DNA of 64,000 nucleotides from Candidatus Obscuribacterales bacterium (GTDB taxonomy: Bacteria > Cyanobacteriota > Vampirovibrionia > Obscuribacterales > Obscuribacteraceae). A program made the position numbers and the translations under genes. Where the stretch lies: the NCBI GenBank assembly GCA_965228855.1, contig CBDDIJ010000003.1:1920001-1984000 (forward strand). The letters run 5' to 3'. Position 1 is the stretch's first letter; every line of letters begins with the position of its first letter. The notes under the pieces were generated by a model. It saw only the letters and a program-made list of their open reading frames with translations, was not told the origin of the DNA and ran no database searches. Positions 56,470-64,000 of the stretch are shown here, piece by piece.

Positions 56470-59319
56470 CTAAGTGCCGGCGCCGATGGTCTCCAGGAGC
56501 GCATCTGTGCAACTATCACAAAGATCAGGATATTTCTGGTGCACACCAATCTTCGTTGAATACTTCCAGCAACGAGCACACTTTTCGCCGTCGGCTTTAA
56601 GCACTCGAACTCGAATGCCATTCTCATTCAACTCAGAAAGAAGCTCATCATCACTCGCTTTACCATTGGTCGCCTCGGCGACTTTAGCTTGCGATACGAT
56701 AAAGAAACCGGGAAGCTCTTCGCCTAACGAAGAAACTTTCGACTGCAGGGCAGCATCATCGAATTGCAAAACAACTTGCGCTTCCAATGACTTCCCGATC
56801 TTGCGACCGGCTCGAGCCTCTTCCAGAGCCTTGTTCACGGCGTAGCGCACATCGATGAGTTCACTCCAGAATGTCGTGAGTTCGTCGTTGACGAACTTAC
56901 TGTCTCTTGTCGGGAAATCTGTGAGGAGAACGCTCTCTTCATTCGCTCCGGCTTTCTTGATAGCTTCCGGCGTGAACTGCCAGATGTCCTCGGCGAGGTG
57001 CGGCGTGACTGGAACCAGAAGGCGCACAAGCACCTTCAAGATCTCGTTTAACGCAGTTTGAACGGCACGGCGACTCTCTGACTTTTGACCAGCAGTGTAG
57101 AGTCTGTCCTTCACGATGTCGAAGTAGAAGGATGAGAGATCGACGACGCAGAAGTTTTGAAGTACTTGATAGTACTTGAAGAACTCGTATTTGTCGAAGT
57201 CTTGAGTGACTTCGCTAACGACTTGCTGCAAGCGATGAAGCACGTATTGATCCAGCTTCGACAGTTTTTCATATGGAACAGAATCGGTAGCCGGGTTGAA
57301 GTCGTGCAAATTACCCAGCAGATAGCGCGCTGTGTTTCTAAGTTTGCGGTAAACGTCAGCCAGCTGCGCAAGCATGTTTTTGCCGATCGGAATATCGTCG
57401 GTGTAGTTGACGGAAGCAACCCAGAGGCGGAGTACGTCGGCACCGTATTGTTTGATTACTTCGTCCGGATCGACGACGTTGCCAACCGACTTGGACATTT
57501 TTCGACCGTTTTCATCGACGACGAAACCGTGAGTGAGAACCTCTTTGTACGGCGCTCTGCCGTGAACAGCTACGCTCGTGAGCAATGATGATTGGAACCA
57601 TCCGCGGTGCTGGTCACTGCCTTCGAGATACATCTCGCAAGGAGTTCCTCTGAGTTCAGGACGAGCATCGAGAACGGAAGCATGCGTAACACCGGAGTCA
57701 AACCAGACGTCCATAGTGTCGGTTTCTTTCTTGAACTCGGTGCCGCCACATTCGCACTTCGTATCGCCGAGGAAATCTTTGACGTCGCGTTTCCACCAGG
57801 AGTCAGAGCCTTCCGTTTTGAAGATCTCAGCGACCTTACTGATGCTTTCAGGCGTGATCAGCGGCTTATCGCAGGCTTTGCAATAGAATACCGGAATCGG
57901 CACGCCCCAGGTTCGCTGACGGCTGATGCACCAGTCTGAACGATTTTCGACCATCGTGTAGATACGGTTACGACCGGATGCCGGGTGCCATTTGACTTCA
58001 TCGATCGCCTTCAACGCAGCCGCTCGGAAACCATCCACGGATGCAAACCATTGTTCGGTGGCTCTATATATGAGAGGCTTCTTGCACCGCCAGCAGTGCG
58101 GATAACTGTGCGCATATTTCGAATGCGCCATCAGTTTGCCGATTTCTCTAAGGAACTCAACGATTTCAGGATTGGACTTGTCGTAACGATTTCCGGCAAA
58201 TTTGCCGGCGTCGGCAGTAAAGATTCCGCGCTCATCGACAGGAGAGACGACGCCGAGATTGTACTGGGCTCCGATGACAAAGTCCTCGGGACCATGCCCA
58301 GGCGCCGTGTGAACGACTCCGGTACCGACTTCCGTGGTAACGTGCTCACCGACGATCACGCGACTGAAGCGATCGAGAAACGGATGTTTGGTTTCGATTA
58401 ACTCAAGAGACTTACCGGAAGCGTTACCGAGAATTTTAACGTCACCATCGGCGATACCAACGGCAGCCAGAAACGCGTCCTTGAGTTCATCGACTACTAC
58501 CACGACACCATCATTCGGTGTTTTGACGAATAAGTAGTTGAACTTGGGATGCAGAGCCACGCCGAGGTTTCCAGGCAAGGTCCAGGGCGTCGTCGTCCAT
58601 ATGACGAAGTTGACGGTTTCATCAGCAGGAACGAAGCTTGGGAGCTTGCTTCGACTGCCTGGTTCTACTTCGAACTTGACGTAGATTGAATGTGATTCGT
58701 GATCCGCGTATTCAACTTCGGCTTCTGCCAGAGCGGTTTCGCAATTTGGGCACCACTGAACGGCTTTCAGTCCCTTGTAGAGATAGCCCTTCTCAGCCAT
58801 CTTTCCGAAGATTTTGATTTGGGTAGACTCGAATTCCGGCTTCAAAGTCACATATGGATTCGCCCAATCGCCCCAGATGCCGAGCCTTCGGAAGTTCGCT
58901 TCCTGACCCTTGAGATTGTTCAGAGCAAAATCGCGGCAACGCTCGCGCAACTCAATCTCAGTCAAGGAGCGGCGTCCACCTTTGACGTCCTTGACGACAG
59001 CGGTTTCGATCGGCAAACCGTGACTGTCGTAGCCCGGAACGTACGGCGCGTAGAACCCTCGCTGCGCTTTGTACTTCGTGATGATGTCCTTGAGAATTTT
59101 GTTTAGCGCAGTTCCAATGTGGATCTTGCTTGAGCTCAAGTATGGAGGTCCGTCGTGGAGAACGAACTTGTCTTTCTTTTCGCGATTGGCAAGACTCTTT
59201 TCGTAAATCTTGTTGTCATCCCAGCTCTTTTGAAACTCGACTTCACGCGTGAAGCTGTTGGCTTTCATTGGAAAGTCGGTGACTGGCAGATTTAGAGGAT
59301 ACTTGCTCTTCTCACTCAT
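56470..59319 (-). CDS. ileS: Isoleucine--tRNA ligase (type 1)
   Basis: LHDGPPY, HIGT (HIGH variant), WTTTPWT, DWCISRQR.WG, EGSDQHRGWF, KMSKS, C-terminal CxxC-CxxC. Confidence 0.97.
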   Translation of the reverse strand: MSEKSKYPLNLPVTDFPMKANSFTREVEFQKSWDDNKIYEKSLANREKKDKFVLHDGPPYLSSSKIHIGTALNKILKDIITKYKAQRGFYAPYVPGYDSHGLPIETAVVKDVKGGRRSLTEIELRERCRDFALNNLKGQEANFRRLGIWGDWANPYVTLKPEFESTQIKIFGKMAEKGYLYKGLKAVQWCPNCETALAEAEVEYADHESHSIYVKFEVEPGSRSKLPSFVPADETVNFVIWTTTPWTLPGNLGVALHPKFNYLFVKTPNDGVVVVVDELKDAFLAAVGIADGDVKILGNASGKSLELIETKHPFLDRFSRVIVGEHVTTEVGTGVVHTAPGHGPEDFVIGAQYNLGVVSPVDERGIFTADAGKFAGNRYDKSNPEIVEFLREIGKLMAHSKYAHSYPHCWRCKKPLIYRATEQWFASVDGFRAAALKAIDEVKWHPASGRNRIYTMVENRSDWCISRQRTWGVPIPVFYCKACDKPLITPESISKVAEIFKTEGSDSWWKRDVKDFLGDTKCECGGTEFKKETDTMDVWFDSGVTHASVLDARPELRGTPCEMYLEGSDQHRGWFQSSLLTSVAVHGRAPYKEVLTHGFVVDENGRKMSKSVGNVVDPDEVIKQYGADVLRLWVASVNYTDDIPIGKNMLAQLADVYRKLRNTARYLLGNLHDFNPATDSVPYEKLSKLDQYVLHRLQQVVSEVTQDFDKYEFFKYYQVLQNFCVVDLSSFYFDIVKDRLYTAGQKSESRRAVQTALNEILKVLVRLLVPVTPHLAEDIWQFTPEAIKKAGANEESVLLTDFPTRDSKFVNDELTTFWSELIDVRYAVNKALEEARAGRKIGKSLEAQVVLQFDDAALQSKVSSLGEELPGFFIVSQAKVAEATNGKASDDELLSELNENGIRVRVLKADGEKCARCWKYSTKIGVHQKYPDLCDSCTDALLETIGAGT

Positions 59320-59506
59320 TACTTTGAACTCCGAATCGAATATACCGATGCCAGGGCAACGGCACACTTGTTATGCACAAACAGATATTATTACACTGCA
59401 TATGCAATTATGTGGTTCTAATTAAGAAGCGTACCGAAAACCGACTAAGATATCGGCTTGCGTTTTCACTGCAAAACCGGCTGGAGCTTAGCTCAAGCCC
59501 GAAAGG

Positions 59507-60313
59507 ATGGAGATTTTGAAGAACGAGAAGCATGTAGCGTTCCGCGCGGCACTGGAGGCTGGTGGGCTTATCAAGGAGCGGATGGGGCAGATCGCCTCGA
59601 TCGACTACAAAAGTGCATTCAACCTCGTCACTGATGTAGACAAGGCTTCAGAGAATCTTATTCTCGAAATCATTAAAACCGAATATCCTGGAGACGCAAT
59701 ACTGGCGGAGGAAAGCGGCGCTTCTAAAACAGGGCAAAAGCGTCGATGGCTTATCGATCCGCTTGATGGCACAACGAATTACGCGCACTCTTATCCATTC
59801 TTCTGTGTATCAATTGGTCTCGAAGAAGACGGAGAGATTGTTCTGGGCGTAATATACGATCCTGTAAAAGACGAGATGTTCTACGCCACCAAAGGCGGCG
59901 GTGCGTTTTTAAACGATGAGCGCATCAAGGTTTCTTCCGTAGATAAACTGGCAAACAGCCTTCTAGTCACAGGTTTTCCACCTGACACTCGCGGAACAGA
60001 ATTGAACAATATGGTGGAATTCACGACTCTCACGAATATGTCGCATGGTGTCCGCAGAGACGGCAGCGCCGCCCTCGACCTCTCATATGTTGCAGCCGGA
60101 AGACTGGATGGCTTTTGGGAAAAGAAACTGGCAGCCTGGGATGTGGGCGCCGGCAGCCTGATTGTGGAAGAAGCAGGCGGCAGGGTAACAGACCTCGACG
60201 GAAACAAACTGGACGTTGATAAAGGTTGGATACTTGCCACCAACGGTTTGATACACGACGAAGTTTTGAAGGTCTATTCAGATTTACAGCTATCGAAAAC
60301 CGCGACTGGCTAG
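59507..60313 (+). CDS. suhB: Inositol monophosphatase
   Basis: LAEESG, IDPLDGTTNYAH, GSAALDL..VA.GR.DG, WDV.AG. Confidence 0.93.
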   Translation: MEILKNEKHVAFRAALEAGGLIKERMGQIASIDYKSAFNLVTDVDKASENLILEIIKTEYPGDAILAEESGASKTGQKRRWLIDPLDGTTNYAHSYPFFCVSIGLEEDGEIVLGVIYDPVKDEMFYATKGGGAFLNDERIKVSSVDKLANSLLVTGFPPDTRGTELNNMVEFTTLTNMSHGVRRDGSAALDLSYVAAGRLDGFWEKKLAAWDVGAGSLIVEEAGGRVTDLDGNKLDVDKGWILATNGLIHDEVLKVYSDLQLSKTATG

Positions 60314-60398
60314 GCAACAAACTGACCGGTTCGAATATCGGATGCAATACAACGCGATTGCAGTTCCGCTTCGAGTTCGAGGCGCACCAGCGGCCGCC

Positions 60399-61133
60399 CT
60401 ACTTAATGCGAGCTCTGTACTTGCCCATGTAGGCACTCGCGGCAATTTTCAGCAATTCCACCAGCATTTTCGGAGAGTCGGTCAAGACGTTCACTTTTGA
60501 GCCGTCAATGTTCGTCCAGTTAATCGGAATCTCTTCAATCTTGTACTTGCGAAGGCGCGCCACATAGAGAACTTCAACATCAAAGGCGTAGCCGCTCATG
60601 CTCGTCACCGAGAAAAGATCTTGCGCGACGCTGCGGCGAAACATTTTAAAACCGCATTGAGTGTCGTGAAAACCTGGCAGCACAAGAGACTGTACGAGGA
60701 TGTTGAAAGTGTTTCCTATATATTTTCGATATGTGAGTGCTTCTACATGGCGAGTGTCATCCGGCTTGGCACGACTACCAAAAGCCACGTCGAAACCGTT
60801 CGCGATACTCTGCTCCAACTTCACTATTTCTTCGATTGGCGAAGCGCCATCAGCATCGTCGAATAAAACGCGCTCACCAGCGGCCGCAAGCATGCCGGTC
60901 CGCACTGCATAGCCTTTTCCGCGGTTGGGCGCGTATGAAATTAATCGAACATTGGGTCGGGTCGCGGCGAAACTGTCAACGGTATCGGCAGTATGATCGG
61001 CGCTGCCGTCATCAACAACGATAATTTCGAAGGTGCCACCACGATTTGAAAGATAGTTATAGACCGATTCGAGCGTGCGAGGCAGCCTGGCTTCCTCGTT
61101 ATATGCCGGAATGATCACTGAGAGCTCAGTCAT
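60399..61133 (-). CDS. GT2 glycosyltransferase (dolichyl-phosphate glucosyltransferase-like)
   Basis: SVIIPAYNE, VDDGS.D, NRGKG.AV, DADG, DTQCGFK, FDVE. Confidence 0.92.
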   Translation of the reverse strand: MTELSVIIPAYNEEARLPRTLESVYNYLSNRGGTFEIIVVDDGSADHTADTVDSFAATRPNVRLISYAPNRGKGYAVRTGMLAAAGERVLFDDADGASPIEEIVKLEQSIANGFDVAFGSRAKPDDTRHVEALTYRKYIGNTFNILVQSLVLPGFHDTQCGFKMFRRSVAQDLFSVTSMSGYAFDVEVLYVARLRKYKIEEIPINWTNIDGSKVNVLTDSPKMLVELLKIAASAYMGKYRARIK

Positions 61134-61231
61134 GCGACTAAGTATATGGCCTTAGAAACCTTGCCGAGCTTTTGTGTGCGAGGTTCAATCAACTTCTTAA
61201 TGAGAGTTCGCAAATATAAGTATTTGCTCGA

Positions 61232-64000
61232 TTATTGACCTTGCTGTTGCAGCTCTCGCTCACGACGAATGATATCGTCGACGTTGAAGAAAATACCCTG
61301 TCTGTTAACGCTGGCAGCGTCAACGGGTCTCTGGTCAACGCCAATAGTGGCATTGAATGAGGAGCCGAGATAGTCGGCGTTCGCTCCGATGCGTTTTGCC
61401 TCACCGCGGTGACGGTCGTTCAATCCACCGCCGAAAGTCGACCAGTAGGTATCAGCCAGGAGCGGAAGCGTGTTGCTGACGCCCGGGTCGCGAAGCAAAT
61501 CGCCTTTACCGAGGATATCGTGGTTGAAGCGTACTCGTCCAAGGTCGACCGCTGCCGTCACAGACTCTTGCATGCCGACGGCTTGGATGCCATATCGGAG
61601 GTTCTGAACGTTTTGATTTGCATAGTAGCCGACTTTGTCGCTGAGACCCAGCTTTGCTGCCGCACTCAATACGAGGAAATTCGTGGTGCCGCCTTTTGCG
61701 AAGTCTCCAAGGGCTTCGGTACCGGATTTGGTGCCGTTTAAATAGTTAGCAGTTTCAACCACACCGGAATATCCGTAGCCGCCGATAGCGGTTACTTTTG
61801 ACATACCGAGAGCTTCCGTAATGGAAGTCTTTGCGGCGCTCTGCGAGGTGCTCGCCAACTTTGCCGCTTCACCCCACTTAGCAGACATACCGAAGAAAGC
61901 CGAATTCATCAAGCCTTGCATAGCGAACTGCTTAGCAGCCTGGTCGGCTGGAGTCAAGCCCAGTGCAACGTCACCAGCAGTGGTGACGGCGGATGAGCCA
62001 AAACCGTATGCCATCGATGTTTTCGTAAGTCCAATCTTCGCGGCATTCTCTGCTACGAATGTTCTGGTACCATTGGCGATGGCACCAATTCTCGAGGTGC
62101 TGGCCGCGACGTTCGCGGTAGTTCCAAGTGCGCCGACTCCTTCCGTCGCTGCTGCCGTGCCGGCAGCTCTGGCACCGGATGCCCACGGAGCGACAATCAT
62201 GGATGAAGTCATGAAGCCAATCTTCGCACCTTTCCAGGCGCTCTCCCAACCGGCGTCTTTGTTGACGGTCCGCTCGATACCCCAGTGAGTCAACGCAGCG
62301 CCACCGGTACCAACTGCGGTGGCAGTGATAGCGGTCGCGACCAATCCGGCTCCCGCGGCAGAACCTAAACCGAGCGTACCGATAGTCAAACCAGCTGCGA
62401 CGACAATCGATGCACCAACCGCAACGTATCCCCAGTTGCGATTCCACCAGCCGCTAAAGCCGGGTTCGGTTTTACCGATCTTATCTTCGATGTTGAGCTG
62501 TTTCTTGAGAGCATCATCATGCTCACCGTTTTGGAATTGCTTGTACAGACTGTTCGCTTTGCTATAGTCCTCTTTGGCCTCATACCAGTTAGCTTCCAGG
62601 TAAGTGGTCAGGTTTTCTCTGCGATCCATGAATGCATGGCGCTGTTGCATTGTGTTATCGATCACTTGAATTTCGCGTTTCGTGCGTTCCAGATCGATTT
62701 TCTCTTCATCCGAAAGATTCTGCTTCTTCTCGAGTTCTTGTTGTTGTTTGAGCAGATTCTGCTTGTCGTTTTGAAGCACTTTGTCAGCGGCTTCCATTTC
62801 TTGCTTAGCCTTGACGTTTTGTTGCTTCATCTGGTCGAGCAATTCACCGGCAGATTGACCGGGTTTACTCGAATCGCGGTAGATGTCGCCTTTCTCCAGT
62901 GCCGCCAAAAACTTCGTTTGAGTAGTCTGGTAATCGCCACCGTCGTTCGACGATCCCATTGTCAGTTTCGTATCCAGAGCTTGCATACTCTGGTCTCTGT
63001 ATCCGCCCTTTTCATCGTAGATTAGCTCGGGCGTATCAGTTTTGACCTTATTAAAAATCGATTGCGCTTCGTTGAGTTGTCCATGCTCCGACATGTATTT
63101 CACCATGTCGAGACGGGCATGGCTACTGACATAGACGATGTTCATCATCTCTTCTGAAGTTTGATTTTCCAGGTTGCGCGGAAGAACCGCCTGACTGGCA
63201 AGCCAACCAACGTTCACTTGATCAGCAAGTCTGTTAGCCTCTTTCAGCAAGTCGAACTGACCGAGCTGTTTTGTCTGCCCGTCGATAACAACAGTTTGCG
63301 GTTGACCGGTTTTCTCCGCTTGAGTGGCAGCCGTCATCAACTGAATAATTTCCTGACTGCGCTGCTGTTGCGATGCGGCGAAGTTCATGCCGATTGACTG
63401 CTCGTATTGTGTATAAACATCCGAGACTTTCAAATCGGGGTCTTCCTGACCGGCACGCTTCATCAAATCGAAAGCTCTGCCCTGAGCTTCAGCCGGGACT
63501 TTGTCGCCGAGCGCGAGATTCGGATTGTCATAGCCTTTAGCAACCATTTCAGCTTCGACGAGCTTGACGAAAGCCGGCGCATGGCGCAGCTTTTCCATCT
63601 CCACGCGGTCTTGAAGGTTCAAATCGAGTTCGTCGATTTTTTGACGGCGGGCTGGGTCGGAACCTGCCTTGGCACGCTCTGCATCAATGACTTCTTTAGT
63701 AAGTAAGTTAGGATTCAATCCCAGTTCTTTAGCAAGATTATTGCGATCGCTGATGTTGCCGTTCAGCATCGCTTGCACTGTTTCCTGGTTGATAGCCGCG
63801 GCAGCGGTTTTCGCTTGCTCGAGTTCGGTGCGAAGAGTCTTCTTGAGCTCGGTGACGACATCTTTGACTTTCATCTGGCGATCGCCGATTTGAAGAACAT
63901 CGTCGCCCGTCTTGCCGGATCGCGCGATAGCATCGAGGTCTTGCTTGATTGCGTTGACTTTGCCGGCATGTAGCAACGGATCGTCCGGCTCGCCGCTCGC
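61232..64000 (-). CDS. Large hypothetical protein (5' partial) with coiled coils and Gly/Ala-rich hydrophobic C-terminal region
   Basis: Frame open to base 64000; WWNRNWGYVAVGASIVVAAGLTIGTLG... hydrophobic hairpin. Confidence 0.8.
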   Translation of the reverse strand, partial: ASGEPDDPLLHAGKVNAIKQDLDAIARSGKTGDDVLQIGDRQMKVKDVVTELKKTLRTELEQAKTAAAAINQETVQAMLNGNISDRNNLAKELGLNPNLLTKEVIDAERAKAGSDPARRQKIDELDLNLQDRVEMEKLRHAPAFVKLVEAEMVAKGYDNPNLALGDKVPAEAQGRAFDLMKRAGQEDPDLKVSDVYTQYEQSIGMNFAASQQQRSQEIIQLMTAATQAEKTGQPQTVVIDGQTKQLGQFDLLKEANRLADQVNVGWLASQAVLPRNLENQTSEEMMNIVYVSSHARLDMVKYMSEHGQLNEAQSIFNKVKTDTPELIYDEKGGYRDQSMQALDTKLTMGSSNDGGDYQTTQTKFLAALEKGDIYRDSSKPGQSAGELLDQMKQQNVKAKQEMEAADKVLQNDKQNLLKQQQELEKKQNLSDEEKIDLERTKREIQVIDNTMQQRHAFMDRRENLTTYLEANWYEAKEDYSKANSLYKQFQNGEHDDALKKQLNIEDKIGKTEPGFSGWWNRNWGYVAVGASIVVAAGLTIGTLGLGSAAGAGLVATAITATAVGTGGAALTHWGIERTVNKDAGWESAWKGAKIGFMTSSMIVAPWASGARAAGTAAATEGVGALGTTANVAASTSRIGAIANGTRTFVAENAAKIGLTKTSMAYGFGSSAVTTAGDVALGLTPADQAAKQFAMQGLMNSAFFGMSAKWGEAAKLASTSQSAAKTSITEALGMSKVTAIGGYGYSGVVETANYLNGTKSGTEALGDFAKGGTTNFLVLSAAAKLGLSDKVGYYANQNVQNLRYGIQAVGMQESVTAAVDLGRVRFNHDILGKGDLLRDPGVSNTLPLLADTYWSTFGGGLNDRHRGEAKRIGANADYLGSSFNATIGVDQRPVDAASVNRQGIFFNVDDIIRRERELQQQGQ

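Noticed and set aside
1..64000. CRISPR array, rRNA, reverse transcriptase or intact transposase
   Set aside because: No regularly spaced repeats or diagnostic motifs seen by eye; short or degenerate arrays could have been missed.

Overview
This 64-kb window is mostly bacterial chromosomal core. The gene repertoire (stand-alone NdhB/NuoN, a single LptF/G permease, many TPR and secreted hypothetical proteins, no photosynthesis genes) suggests a non-photosynthetic Cyanobacteriota (Vampirovibrionia/Melainabacteria) genome; this is inference only. Core genes are rpsT, murC-murB, a VanX-like dipeptidase facing an alpha/beta-hydrolase-murF-ddl operon, ssb, nuoN/ndhB, carA, lptC-lptA-lptB-lptF/G, aroK, aroQ, iscA with ygfZ-TPR, ileS and suhB. 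An accessory region (~19.2-29.6 kb) ends at a minus-strand tRNA-Arg(CCT). A 40/42-nt copy of the tRNA 3' half at 24185-24226 delimits a ~5.4-kb island with a decayed tyrosine integrase. The best candidate for an undescribed system lies in that island: an intact three-gene operon encoding a stand-alone ~74-aa colicin E3-like rRNase domain, an acidic 110-aa protein and an ImmA/IrrE (HExxH) metallopeptidase, read as a possible protease-triggered toxin-antitoxin or abortive-infection module. Just outside the att repeat are a coupled DUF4365-like nuclease and 387-aa partner, an ArsR fusion with an internal start, and a sigma-70-like pseudogene. Other candidates are a Ser/Thr kinase-ATPase-double arrestin-like operon, a pseudo-caspase-TonB fusion and two hairpin-dense intergenic regions. 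All family calls come from motif recognition by eye; no searches were run.
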